Positions 1 through 9,197 of a DNA stretch of 29,139 bases are shown here, in pieces. The notes beneath the pieces are model-generated. The model made no database searches. It saw only the letters and a list, made by a program, of their open reading frames with translations, and was not told where the DNA came from. Numbering within the stretch: the stretch's first letter is position 1; each line of letters starts with the position of its first letter. Origin of the DNA: Candidatus Nanoarchaeia archaeon (GTDB lineage: Archaea > Nanobdellota > Nanobdellia > SCGC-AAA011-G17 > UBA489); NCBI GenBank assembly GCA_035289145.1, contig DATDXZ010000063.1:1-29139 (forward strand), read 5' to 3'. A program made the translations under genes and the position numbers.

Positions 1-113
1 TGCTCAAGCGAAGAGCAGGCAGCGCGGTACGTGCCGTAACAGTGCGGATGCAAAATAGAGAAGTAAGCTTCAAGATACTTGCATGCTCTGCATTGCGGAG
101 AGCAATAAGTTCC

Positions 114-212
114 CTATTCAGGGAACTTTTCTACAGAGCCATTTACAGAGCATCCTGATACTAATAGCATCGTCGCAATAATTCCTAATAAGCATAATTG
201 TTTATTCATCAT
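114..212 (-). CDS. Short lipoprotein-like ORF (32 aa), possibly truncated
   Basis: Manual translation MMNKQLCLLGIIATMLLVSGCSVNGSVEKFPE*: hydrophobic stretch plus lipobox VSGC; TATA-like tatatata about 22 nt upstream on the minus strand; ends in TAG at 114-116. Confidence 0.45.
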   Translation of the reverse strand: MMNKQLCLLGIIATMLLVSGCSVNGSVEKFPE

Positions 213-321
213 TCAAAATAGTTCTTAGAATTCCTATATATATGTTGCTTTTTGAGAGTATTCTCTGATTCAGTTCTTAGTCAAAAGCCTTCTTTTAGCC
301 ATTTTAAACCACTCCAAAGGC

Positions 322-329
322 TTTATATA
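322..329 (+). promoter_or_regulatory. TATA box of scpA (leaderless-type spacing)
   Basis: TTTATATA lies 23 nt before ATG 353; the same spacing recurs at 16071/16101, 19088/19118, 26184/26213 and 27520/27551. Confidence 0.65.
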
Positions 330-352
330 GCTCTCCAGCACCTTTGTCACGT

Positions 353-1093
353 ATGAAAGACAAAATCTATGACCTTTTAACTAAGCAAGGCGAAGTTACT
401 TGGCAGACTGTTATCCAAGACTTGATCAAGAAAGAAGAACTAGACCCTTGGAACATTGATATCAGCCAACTGGCTCATAGATACATGCAAACTTTGAAGA
501 AACTTCATGAACATAATTTCTTTGTTTCTGGTAAAATGTTACTGGCTTCTGCTATTCTCCTGAAGATGAAATCTGATCGATTACTGTATGGAGATCTAGC
601 AAGCTTTGACCAGCAATTGTTTCCCCAGGATGATGCACTGCTTGACGGCGAAGATGACTTTGTTGACAAACAGCAATATCGACTGACTGATTTCCCGCAA
701 TTATTGATCAAGACTCCTCAAGTCAGAAAGCGGCAACTTACCTTAAATGACTTAATGTCTGCTTTAGAGAAGGCTTTGGAAGTCGATGAACGTAGAAACA
801 TCAAACGACTGCAAGAAGTTGAAGTGTTCAATCAAGCTGTCCTTCCTCAAAAAATCTATGATATCACAGAATTAATCAAAGAGATGTACGAAAAAATTAC
901 TTATCACCTAGGGCATAAACCTACCTTAACGTTTGATGACTTAGTACCTTCACAAGAGCGGGCAGACAAAATCATGACTTTCATTCCTTTGTTACATTTA
1001 GATGGACAACAAAAAATCGACATGCACCAAGACAAGCCTTTTGGCACCATTCATATTAGGTTAGGAACTGGGCCTAGTGAAGAAACTTCTTGA
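353..1093 (+). CDS. scpA: Segregation/condensation protein A (kleisin)
   Basis: LDPWNIDISQLA, SGKMLLASAILLKMKSDRLL, C-terminal winged helix with TFIPLLHL; start moved to ATG 353 on TATA spacing. Confidence 0.88.
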   Translation: MKDKIYDLLTKQGEVTWQTVIQDLIKKEELDPWNIDISQLAHRYMQTLKKLHEHNFFVSGKMLLASAILLKMKSDRLLYGDLASFDQQLFPQDDALLDGEDDFVDKQQYRLTDFPQLLIKTPQVRKRQLTLNDLMSALEKALEVDERRNIKRLQEVEVFNQAVLPQKIYDITELIKEMYEKITYHLGHKPTLTFDDLVPSQERADKIMTFIPLLHLDGQQKIDMHQDKPFGTIHIRLGTGPSEETS

Positions 1094-2339
1094 TAAATTG
1101 TTTTGTCGTAGTTGTTTCTTCTTTTCCTGATTGCATGTCCTTAACTTTGATCTTCTTTTCTTTGACTTCTTCCGGACCTATGACTACTACATAGGGAATG
1201 CCTTGCACGTTTGCGTAATCGAAATTCTTAGAGACACTTCGACCCATCACATCTATTTCCGTGTTGATGCCTGCGTCACGCAATTCTTGAGCCACCTTAT
1301 TTGCCTCAATGAACTCTTTGATAGGCAAGACAAAAACTTGTGTGACACTTTTCTTGACTTCTTTCTTCTGCGTACTTACAACATCCATAATCGTGTCCAA
1401 ACCAAAAGAGATACCGACAGCAGGGACTGTGCCAGAACCCCTAAACAAGCCAATCATGTTGTCATAACGGCCACCAGCTGCGATTGAAGAACTGATGGGA
1501 CTATTGACTGCGAAGACTTCAAAAATAGTGCCTGTGTAATAAGATAAACCGCGAGCAAGTGAGACCTCAAATACTGCTTCCGGAGCATATGACAAGACTT
1601 CTTCCATTTCTAGCAGACCTTGTTTGTTGAGCAGAATTTTTTTTAATTCTTTTATTTTTTGATCATTGGTTCCTTTGATAGAAATCCATCTGCAAAGATT
1701 ATCTATAGGCTCTGAGAATATTCCTTTTTGCTGCAATTCTTTTTTGACTACTTCTAACCCTAGTTTTTTCAGTTTATCAAGGGAGAGAATTGCTGTAGTT
1801 CTTTTTTCTTCTGGAATCTGCGCTGTTTCCATTAATGCATCGAGAATTTTTCTGTTGTTGACTTTGATAACTACTTGCAATCCTATAGCCTGAAAAGCGT
1901 CTTTTGCTAAATTAATCAATTCTGCATCCTGCCTCATGGAAGAACTGCCGATGACATCGACGTCACACTGCGTGAACTCACGGTACCTTCCAGCTTTTAA
2001 TGGACCATCCCGAAAAACGACACCAATCTGATATCTTCGGAAAGGCATTTTTAACGTAGGATTCATGGCAACGACACGCGCTAGAGGGACTGTTAAGTCA
2101 TAGCGCAAAGCCAGATCACGATCTCCCTGATCTTTCAACTTGAACGTCTCCTTGAGGATCTCATCGCCTCCAGCGTACTTTGAAGCTAATACATCATATC
2201 TCTCTAAGATAGGAGTCTCTGCTGGAGAAAACCCGTAGTGCTCGAAGATTTTTTTGAGCGTATTCTCTACTGATTGACGAATAATTTTTTCTTCTGGCAA
2301 GAAATCTCGAGTGCCTTTTGCTCTGCTGAGTTCTTCCAT
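1074..2339 (-). CDS. hisS: Histidyl-tRNA synthetase
   Basis: KGTRDF, LRYDLTVPLAR, GRYREFTQCDVD, ARGLSYYTG, GGRYD, anticodon-binding domain; SD-like GAGGT upstream. Confidence 0.98.
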   Translation of the reverse strand: MEELSRAKGTRDFLPEEKIIRQSVENTLKKIFEHYGFSPAETPILERYDVLASKYAGGDEILKETFKLKDQGDRDLALRYDLTVPLARVVAMNPTLKMPFRRYQIGVVFRDGPLKAGRYREFTQCDVDVIGSSSMRQDAELINLAKDAFQAIGLQVVIKVNNRKILDALMETAQIPEEKRTTAILSLDKLKKLGLEVVKKELQQKGIFSEPIDNLCRWISIKGTNDQKIKELKKILLNKQGLLEMEEVLSYAPEAVFEVSLARGLSYYTGTIFEVFAVNSPISSSIAAGGRYDNMIGLFRGSGTVPAVGISFGLDTIMDVVSTQKKEVKKSVTQVFVLPIKEFIEANKVAQELRDAGINTEIDVMGRSVSKNFDYANVQGIPYVVVIGPEEVKEKKIKVKDMQSGKEETTTTKQFIKKFLH

Positions 2340-2365
2340 TAGTTATACCTCTTAAGATTAGGAAG

Positions 2366-2451
2366 GGCGGAAGGGGAGAGTCGAACTCCCTTCTCGAGCT
2401 GACTGTCTTGCGACCACAGGCTCGAATCATAACCGTTAGACCACAACCGCC
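2366..2451 (-). tRNA. tRNA-His(GUG) with 13-nt canonical intron, encoded G-1, no encoded CCA
   Basis: GGCGGTTG TG GTCTAACGGTTATGAT T CGAGC CTGTGG[intron]A GCTCG AGAA GGGAG TTCGACT CTCCC CTTCCGCC; G-1:C73 pair typical of tRNA-His. Confidence 0.95.
2401..2413 (-). other. tRNA intron at 37/38 forming a bulge-helix-bulge
   Basis: Intron TCGCAAGACAGTC; exon CTGT (32-35) pairs with intron ACAG, flanked by 3-nt bulges GG/T and TC/A; GCAA tetraloop. Confidence 0.9.
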
Positions 2452-2656
2452 ATGTTGAAATTGATAGAATTTTGTTTATATTTTTTTTATAAATCTTCTG
2501 TGAAAAAGCCAAGCTAGAAAAAAGGGTATTACCGATGATGAAGACAACCAACTCGGGTCATTGTATACTCTTGATTATTGAACAGTATTTAAATCCTTCG
2601 CCGCCACAATCTTTATGTATATCCTCATCTTGTCCTTTTTATGGAGGTGTTGAGTT

Positions 2657-2800
2657 ATGTGTAATGTTAAAATCTTTGAAACCGTTATAGCTTTGATAGT
2701 GATTATTTTTAGTTTTTGGGTAACTGACTACTCTCAATGGATCACTGTTTTAGCTGGAGTTGTGTTGTTAGTACATGCATTGTTCTGCAAACACAAATAA
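2657..2800 (+). CDS. Small two-TM membrane protein (47 aa), not in the ORF track
   Basis: MCNVKIFETVIALIVIIFSFWVTDYSQWITVLAGVVLLVHALFCKHK*; strong SD GGAGGTG at 2643-2649; T-rich tract follows. Confidence 0.75.
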   Translation: MCNVKIFETVIALIVIIFSFWVTDYSQWITVLAGVVLLVHALFCKHK

Positions 2801-2806
2801 ATAATC

Positions 2807-2830
2807 TTTTTCTTTCTTTTTTTACTTCTT
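2807..2830 (+). terminator. Oligo-T/pyrimidine terminator-like tract
   Basis: ttttttctttcttttttttacttctt-type tract immediately after the 2657-2800 stop. Confidence 0.4.
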
Positions 2831-2917
2831 TAGGACTTGGAGATTAGCTTGTCGACGCTATTTAGTTATATTCTCCAACTATAGGCGTTATACTTTATTG
2901 ATTTTTTTCTCTTTCTC

Positions 2918-4114
2918 TCAAATTTCCTTTAGCAACTCCCAAATATATTTTCCTCTTTTTTCTCCCTTTAATCCTATAGTTACTGTTTTACACTTATATA
3001 TCTCTGAAAAGAATTTTAGGCTTCTATTGTCTGTATTTTGAAAGTTAGACTTTACTTCAATTGCGTGAATTTCTTTGTTTTTAACTATAAAATCAATTTC
3101 CTGCTTGTTTGTTGTTCTCCAAAAATTAATCTTTTTACCAGATTTCATCAACTCAAGAAAAACAAATGTCTCAAAAGAGCTTCCAAATATAACTTTGGGA
3201 AATTCTTTTAGCCACAAAAGATGCATCATTCCAGTATCTAAGAAAAATATCTTAGGATTCTTTGAAATTTCACTCCTTAAATTTTTATGAAATGGAGTTA
3301 TTCTTTTTATGATAAACGTATTTTCCAGCAAATCAAGGTACTCTAAAACAGTCTCCCTGTTAATATCAAGCGTGTTTGAAATTTCTAAAACATTAAGCAG
3401 TTGTCCAGACTGCGACGCAAGTAGCTCAATCAGCTTATTGAAAGAGGAGATGTTTCTGATATTTCCTATATTTCGTATATCTTTTCTCACATAGGTGCTG
3501 ATTATCTGCCCAAGATATGCTGTTTTTTTCTCTTCTGAATTTTCCAAAACAATTTTAGGGTATCCGCCAAATATAATGTATTCTTCCGCCAGCTTAACCA
3601 GCTCCTCGTTTATCGCTTTTGTATTTTCCTTGCTCAGCTTGTATTCTTTCTTCTTGAATATAAGAAACTCTTCAAAACTTAGAGGATAAATCTCAAAATT
3701 AATCGTCCTTCCAGCGAGGCTTTCCTTAAATTTCTTCTTGATCTCAAATGTTGATGAACCAGAAACTAGCAATTTTATCTTTGGGTAGTGATCATGAATT
3801 ATTTTCAGAAACTTTGTCGGATCATCCATATATTGAATTTCATCAATCACAAGAAACATTTTATTTTTTTCATCAGCTTCTCTTTGGATTAAATAGTTGA
3901 AAACGCTTTCTGCTCCTTGGTTACATAACCCAAGCAAATGTGGCAGTTCCAAGTCAAAATAAAAAACATTTTTTTTAATATAGTTCTCAATTAAATAATT
4001 TAGTAGGGATGTTTTTCCAACTTGTCTTGCTCCATAAATGATGATGATCTCCCGCGATCCAAGATATTTTACTATTTCATCCACAATATTTCTTTTGTAT
4101 ATTCTGTCTGTCAT
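2918..4114 (-). CDS. AAA_14 + DUF4143 ATP-binding protein
   Basis: Walker A GARQVGKT, Walker B LVIDEIQ, GSS, NPKIFFLDTG, C-terminal EIDFIV...IEVK. Confidence 0.92.
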   Translation of the reverse strand: MTDRIYKRNIVDEIVKYLGSREIIIIYGARQVGKTSLLNYLIENYIKKNVFYFDLELPHLLGLCNQGAESVFNYLIQREADEKNKMFLVIDEIQYMDDPTKFLKIIHDHYPKIKLLVSGSSTFEIKKKFKESLAGRTINFEIYPLSFEEFLIFKKKEYKLSKENTKAINEELVKLAEEYIIFGGYPKIVLENSEEKKTAYLGQIISTYVRKDIRNIGNIRNISSFNKLIELLASQSGQLLNVLEISNTLDINRETVLEYLDLLENTFIIKRITPFHKNLRSEISKNPKIFFLDTGMMHLLWLKEFPKVIFGSSFETFVFLELMKSGKKINFWRTTNKQEIDFIVKNKEIHAIEVKSNFQNTDNRSLKFFSEIYKCKTVTIGLKGEKRGKYIWELLKEI

Positions 4115-4336
4115 GCGCGATGTTGCCTCTTACAATGAACATACAGAACATCTTTAAGAGATATTTCCACTATGTCATTATGTTATTTGTATGGTATAGT
4201 ATGCATAAAATATAGTTTATAAATCTTTCGATTTAATATGCTCCTTTTGTGATAATCTTAACTTTCCTCAGAGACTTTCCTATTCGATGATCTATGGTTG
4301 AATGGCTGAGAAAGCAATTGATAATAAAATTATTAC

Positions 4337-4717
4337 TTAACATAACTTTAGTATATCTTCAGTATAGTATCTATCTATAAATTCTACGAGGCATAACCCA
4401 TCGTCTATATCGTCACCCAACGCTTCTTTAATTATTAGAGCTACTTCATCAGCTTCTAACATTTGTTCCATTACCTGTTGTAAATCCTTATTTAATGCTG
4501 GTAATCGAGACCTATGATTCACTTTTATTGACTCATAGAGTTGACTTCCTTCATATATCCTCACTTCTCTTATGCGACTATTTCTGTGAGTATCTTCTTT
4601 TGGGAACCCATCTTTATCAAAGTTTTCGACAATACCTCTTCGTTGACCGTAAGCGAATGTTACTTTAACCCTTTCTCCTCTATAATCTACATATTTCATT
4701 AACGTTGTTTCTTTCAT
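4337..4717 (-). CDS. Hypothetical protein (126 aa)
   Basis: ATG with a TATA-like element about 23 nt upstream; plausible composition; no family recognised. Confidence 0.7.
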   Translation of the reverse strand: MKETTLMKYVDYRGERVKVTFAYGQRRGIVENFDKDGFPKEDTHRNSRIREVRIYEGSQLYESIKVNHRSRLPALNKDLQQVMEQMLEADEVALIIKEALGDDIDDGLCLVEFIDRYYTEDILKLC

Positions 4718-4812
4718 AGTAAACCTATATTTTCTACTATATAATAAACTTTTTATGTAAAAATTATCTTTCTTACGATATATTTATAAATACGTCTTGA
4801 TTAGGATAAATT

Positions 4813-5781
4813 ATGGATATAAAACTAACAAAAGCTGATAGAATCATTTTAAAGTCTCTAGCTTACAATTCCAGAATTCTTGAAAAAGAACTGGCAAAAC
4901 GCTGTAGCTTATCTAAAGATAGCATTCGCTATAGAACTAAGAGACTTGAGAAATTAGGTGTTATCAAAGGTTATGGAGTTTTTATTGACTATACTTCTCT
5001 CGGTTATCAGCCTTATAAATTATATCTAAAGTTAAATGCAACTAATCAACAGAAGGAAGGACTTATAGCATTTTTGAAAAAGCAACGTCATGTCTTCTCT
5101 ATTTTTGAATCGTATGGTACTTGGGATATAGGTACTGCGATCTTTGCAAAGGACAGAATGGACTATTATACTTTTGAGACTCAACTCTTGTCTGAATTCG
5201 GATCTATTATTAACTCTAAACACTTTTGTTTAATGTTGGATGCAGTTATCTTTAACAATAATCTTCTTTATGAGGATAAAAATATAACAGAATATTCCTT
5301 CTGGAAATCAGAACATATCGAGACGATAGATGAAAAAGATAAACTTTTACTTCATGAACTTCATAAAGATTCAACAACAAACTTAGTTAAACTATCAAGA
5401 AAAGCACATTTAAGCATTGATTCTGTAAGCAAACGCATCAGGAGACTCAACGACAAAAAGATTATCTCTTTTTATCCCACAACCATTGATTATAATTTAT
5501 TAGGCTATGAAAAATATAAACTCTTTATCTCTGTCAAAAACTACTCTGTTGAGGCTGAACGAAAGCTTTTTGCTTTTTTGAAAACGCAGAAGCAGACATT
5601 AAATATTATCAGGATTATTGGATCGTGGAAATTAGAAGTTGAATTTTTAATAAGAGAGTATGCTGAACTTTATAACCTCTTATCAGCATTACAAGAGAAA
5701 TTTTCAGACAATATTCTTAAACTAGAATTTTCCATATTTAGAAATGAACTTTGGTTTCCTTCAGAACATCTGTTACTTTAA
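4813..5781 (+). CDS. Tandem (double) Lrp/AsnC transcriptional regulator
   Basis: Two HTH+RAM units (DRIILKSL...IRYRTKRLEKLGVI; DKLLLHEL...VSKRIRRL); TTTATAAA upstream. Confidence 0.9.
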   Translation: MDIKLTKADRIILKSLAYNSRILEKELAKRCSLSKDSIRYRTKRLEKLGVIKGYGVFIDYTSLGYQPYKLYLKLNATNQQKEGLIAFLKKQRHVFSIFESYGTWDIGTAIFAKDRMDYYTFETQLLSEFGSIINSKHFCLMLDAVIFNNNLLYEDKNITEYSFWKSEHIETIDEKDKLLLHELHKDSTTNLVKLSRKAHLSIDSVSKRIRRLNDKKIISFYPTTIDYNLLGYEKYKLFISVKNYSVEAERKLFAFLKTQKQTLNIIRIIGSWKLEVEFLIREYAELYNLLSALQEKFSDNILKLEFSIFRNELWFPSEHLLL

Positions 5782-6237
5782 TTGTGTAAAATCATACCAT
5801 TCGAACTTATGAACTTCAAGATTAATACTTGTTTTCCAATCAGCTATAATCTTCCTAAAGCGTTGTCTTACCCTGTAGGATATATCATTCAGCTCTTTGG
5901 TATTCTTGGCTATTAAAACACAAGTGATATCAAAATCACCAGAAATGGAAATGAGCTCTATGCAATTTGGATGTTGAACTAAATGCTGTATAAGCTCTTT
6001 AATTTTTTCTTCAGTTACATTATGCAGCTTCATCTTGATGTCTACAATTAGATCATATTGCAATACTTTGGGGTTAATAAAAATTCCATATCGATTAATG
6101 ATTCCAGAGTTATGCAATTTTTTAAGTCTTTTATGCGTAGAGTCTATGGAAAGGCTGATTTTCTTTGCTAAATTTGTCAAGGATTCTCTGCTGTTTTCCT
6201 GCAATAGCATTAGAAGCTGTTTGTCTTTTTTATCCAT
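5773..6237 (-). CDS. Lrp/AsnC transcriptional regulator
   Basis: MDKKDKQLLMLLQENSRESLTNLAKKI...HKRLKKL, ISGDFD RAM motif. Confidence 0.93.
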   Translation of the reverse strand: MDKKDKQLLMLLQENSRESLTNLAKKISLSIDSTHKRLKKLHNSGIINRYGIFINPKVLQYDLIVDIKMKLHNVTEEKIKELIQHLVQHPNCIELISISGDFDITCVLIAKNTKELNDISYRVRQRFRKIIADWKTSINLEVHKFEWYDFTQLK

Positions 6238-6352
6238 AATCTTAATAATTAAGACTAATATTTAAACCTTTCTGAAGAAATTAAGTAACTTAGGTAGATA
6301 TACTTATTAATATCAATTACCACCCATATGTAGTTAATAAATTACTATTCCT

Positions 6353-6881
6353 ATGAAGAACATGTCAAGGTTATTAAATACTGTAAAATGGCATATCAAA
6401 AAAATTGTAGTTGGTACACTTATTCTAGGATCACTTATAGGGATTAAAAGCTGTAGAGACAACACCGGAAAAGTAGTTTACCGTGGTACCATTGATGGGT
6501 ATGAAGTTACCTACGAAGAAGGAAAATTCATGCCTTTTTTTTTCTCGTTATAAAAAATTCTCAACGACTGGAAATATCATGGTCTTAAGGAAAGACGAAA
6601 AAGAGTATAGATTTGAAGACTATTATCAAGAGTCTCGATTATTTAGGGGAAATCAAAAGAATCCAGGCTATTTGATAGACATACTTGATGAAATCATTTT
6701 AAAGGATACTTCAGAGAATGCAAGACATTACACTTTGAGAATGGCTTATTATTCCCCTAGGGATTATTTTGATGAACAATTCATCTTAGATATGAAAAAA
6801 CGTGAGGCAGTAGAATTTGAACACTGTAATAATTTGTATAGAGAAATCAGGGGAAAAATACAAGATCTGCTTGTTAAATGA
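6353..6881 (+). pseudogene. Membrane-anchored/lipoprotein gene split by a frameshift at a T9 tract
   Basis: ORF 6353-6553 (signal-like IVVGTLILGSLIGIKSC) and ORF ending 6881 join into 175 aa if one T is removed from T9 at 6535-6543. Confidence 0.7.
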
Positions 6882-6909
6882 TGTTAATAGGAGAAACAAA
6901 AAATAAACA

Positions 6910-7734
6910 ATGAAAATAAAAATAGCAGTAGTTCAATTTGACATACGACAGTTTTGTCCTGAAGAAAATCTCAAAAAAGCTGAACTCTTTATTAGCAAGG
7001 CAGCATCAGCTAAAGCACATATTATTGTTTTTCCAGAGGATTTCCTTACAGGTCCGATTGAAAGGAGAAGTGAATTAGCTGATGGAAATAATACTTATAG
7101 AAAACATTTTCAAAACTTAGCTAGACAATACAAAATAGATATTGTACCTGGCTCTTTTATAGAACTAGATCACAAAGGACTACACAATACTACATATTAT
7201 ATTGATGCTACTGGAAAAGTCAAGGCAAGATATAGAAAAGTAAATTTATGGCTTTCTGAACGGAAATATATTACTCCGGGAAATGAAGTTTCGGTATTCA
7301 ATACCCAATTTGGCAAAATCGGATTAATTATTTGTTGGGATTTGATTTTTCCTGAAATTTTCAGAAAGATGGCAAATAAAGGCGTCAATATAGTAATCTG
7401 TCCCAGCTATTGGACTTTTGAAGATGCTTCTGTTGGTTTGAAATACGATAAAAATTCTGATGCCAAACTTGTTGATGCAATGTGTGTTGGCAGGGCTTTT
7501 GAAAATGAAATAATTATGGTTTATTGTAATTCTGCCGGAAATCTAATTCTTCCGAAGTTTAAGGGAAAATTGCTCGGACATTCTCAAATTGCTGTGCCAT
7601 TTATGGGTGCGATTAAAAAGCTTGAACATAATAATGAAGAAATGTTTGTTCAAGAAGTTGATACAGCTATTTTGAAAGATGCGGAAAAAGCGTATAAAAT
7701 TAGAAAAGATTTGAAAACCAGAGTGTTATCGTAA
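6910..7734 (+). CDS. Carbon-nitrogen hydrolase (nitrilase superfamily)
   Basis: Catalytic triad context FPED, YRKVNL, ICWDLIFPE. Confidence 0.95.
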   Translation: MKIKIAVVQFDIRQFCPEENLKKAELFISKAASAKAHIIVFPEDFLTGPIERRSELADGNNTYRKHFQNLARQYKIDIVPGSFIELDHKGLHNTTYYIDATGKVKARYRKVNLWLSERKYITPGNEVSVFNTQFGKIGLIICWDLIFPEIFRKMANKGVNIVICPSYWTFEDASVGLKYDKNSDAKLVDAMCVGRAFENEIIMVYCNSAGNLILPKFKGKLLGHSQIAVPFMGAIKKLEHNNEEMFVQEVDTAILKDAEKAYKIRKDLKTRVLS

Positions 7735-8490
7735 TCCAATCAACCAACGCATAGCTTTGTAGATCTTCGGGATTTCATCATTTGCCAAGAATTCTGGGTG
7801 CCCTGCAAAGTATGCTGCTAATCTCTTATAGGCAACAGCAGAAGGAGCTTGCGGGAATACGTGCACTACTGGTTCTCTTTTTACTAGAGATGCTTTAATC
7901 ATACGGTCTTCCGGGATAACACCAATAACAGAGTGTTCTAAGATGGTTTCTACGTTCTTGATTTTAAGATCGAGATGATGACCTGCTCTGGTCAAGACTA
8001 CACCACGCACATGCTTGCCATGATGCTGAGCAATGCGCACTGTTTTCAAGGCGTCTGCAACTGAAGGCAATTCTGGTGAAGCGACTACTAAGACTTGATC
8101 AGACATTTGAATAGGAGCTTGCGCTTCTGCGTCAATGCCTGCTGCTCCATCGAGAATGACAAATTCTGACTTGACATGAGGCAAATGGTTTTGCAAATCT
8201 GCAAGATTCACTTCTTCGAAATTCCGCATAGAAATAGATGCAGGAATAATTTTTGCACCTGAAACATGTTGGTATGTAGCTTCGTGAATATGCGCCTGTC
8301 CTTGAAGCACATGCTGCAAAGTGATAGGCAGATTTGGAGCTCCCAAGTACATACTGAGATTGGGCGTGGAAAGGTTTGCATCAATAACTGTGACGTCTTT
8401 TCCTAACTGCGCAAGAGCAACCCCCAAATTAATAGCCGTCGTGGACTTTCCAGAGCCTCCTTTTGAAGAAGAAACACTTACTAACACCAT
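7726..8490 (-). CDS. minD: Archaeal MinD-like ParA-family ATPase
   Basis: Deviant Walker A KGGSGKST, IDANLSTPNL, LDGAAG, IPED, SKREPVV-like motif; start ATG 8490 chosen on TATA spacing (track start 8502). Confidence 0.85.
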   Translation of the reverse strand: MVLVSVSSSKGGSGKSTTAINLGVALAQLGKDVTVIDANLSTPNLSMYLGAPNLPITLQHVLQGQAHIHEATYQHVSGAKIIPASISMRNFEEVNLADLQNHLPHVKSEFVILDGAAGIDAEAQAPIQMSDQVLVVASPELPSVADALKTVRIAQHHGKHVRGVVLTRAGHHLDLKIKNVETILEHSVIGVIPEDRMIKASLVKREPVVHVFPQAPSAVAYKRLAAYFAGHPEFLANDEIPKIYKAMRWLIGLR

Positions 8491-8515
8491 GAGCATTATC
8501 AAGAAGCTATTCTAT

Positions 8516-8686
8516 TTAAACGTTTCTAACCTTATTTTGAAAATCATCTTTTTTCTTCTCTGCAGCGCAAGCAAAACAGAATCCCATTTTCGTATGCTGA
8601 TTACACACCAGAATACCACATATTGCGCAAGCAGTGACTGCCATGTTCTTCTTGCAGATCATGCAGGGCTTGAATAGATCGACCAT
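8516..8686 (-). CDS. Small zinc-finger protein (56 aa), not in the ORF track
   Basis: MVDLFKPCMICKKNMAVTACAICGILVCNQHTKMGFCFACAAEKKKDDFQNKVRNV*: CxxC-x8-CxxC-x4-CxxH-x5-CxxC; starts 4 nt after the upstream stop. Confidence 0.85.
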   Translation of the reverse strand: MVDLFKPCMICKKNMAVTACAICGILVCNQHTKMGFCFACAAEKKKDDFQNKVRNV

Positions 8687-8690
8687 TTTT

Positions 8691-9197
8691 TTACTTCTTC
8701 TTTTTCTTCTTTGTTATTCTTGCTTCTTTTTTTATGGCAACCGCAGCGAGCTCATTTTGAATCATCTGCGTCAATTCCACATATTCTATGGTTTTCTGAA
8801 AGAACTGACGCAACACTTCAATATTCACTTCTTCTTTTGTCTCTGGTGTTATTTGTGCGATAAGCGCGACATTTTTACGGTACTCTTCTTTTTTCGTGTA
8901 AGGCGCTTGATCTATCTTGACTAGTTTTTCATAGAGCTTCATATTTTCCTTGAGCTTTGGCAGTGTCTTGAGCATCTCTTCCGCTTGCTTTCTCGAAGTA
9001 GGAGGCACTTCAGAAATCTTTTTGTGCTTTTGCAAGGTAATCAATGTTCTGTGTGTAGCCAATTCGAATGCAGAAATTAATCTTTTAATAGTATTCTTAA
9101 TGATATCAGTTGTCCTTGTATACTTTAACGTAACATAAATAGAATGGTCTGCCCGCTTTAACTCTTCTTTCGGGTCACTCAAAAAGTCGTCGATCAC
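8691..9197 (-). CDS. Hypothetical helical protein, paralogue of 9175-9663
   Basis: GTG start overlapping the upstream gene; KRADHSIYVT motif shared with its neighbour. Confidence 0.8.
   Translation of the reverse strand: MIDDFLSDPKEELKRADHSIYVTLKYTRTTDIIKNTIKRLISAFELATHRTLITLQKHKKISEVPPTSRKQAEEMLKTLPKLKENMKLYEKLVKIDQAPYTKKEEYRKNVALIAQITPETKEEVNIEVLRQFFQKTIEYVELTQMIQNELAAVAIKKEARITKKKKKK

Noticed and set aside
2194-2551. Track ORFs 2194-2430 and 2339-2551 (-)
   Set aside because: They run through tRNA-His and its promoter; no protein-like features.
2850-2875. Possible displaced 3' end (ENITK*) of the 4337-4717 gene beyond the first AAA gene
   Set aside because: About 9/15 nt identity and a different stop position; too weak to count.
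2880-2892. 13-nt match TATAGGCGTTATA to 23767-23779 (end of the second AAA gene)
   Set aside because: Several 13-mer matches are expected by chance in 29 kb, and there is no flanking homology.
4261-4271. ACTTTCCTCAG matching the RNase P P4 strand
   Set aside because: Only 11 nt, with no P1/P2 or partner P4 strand nearby.
8321-8924. Track ORFs 8321-8677 and 8634-8924 (+)
   Set aside because: Antisense to minD, the Zn-finger gene and the 8691 gene.
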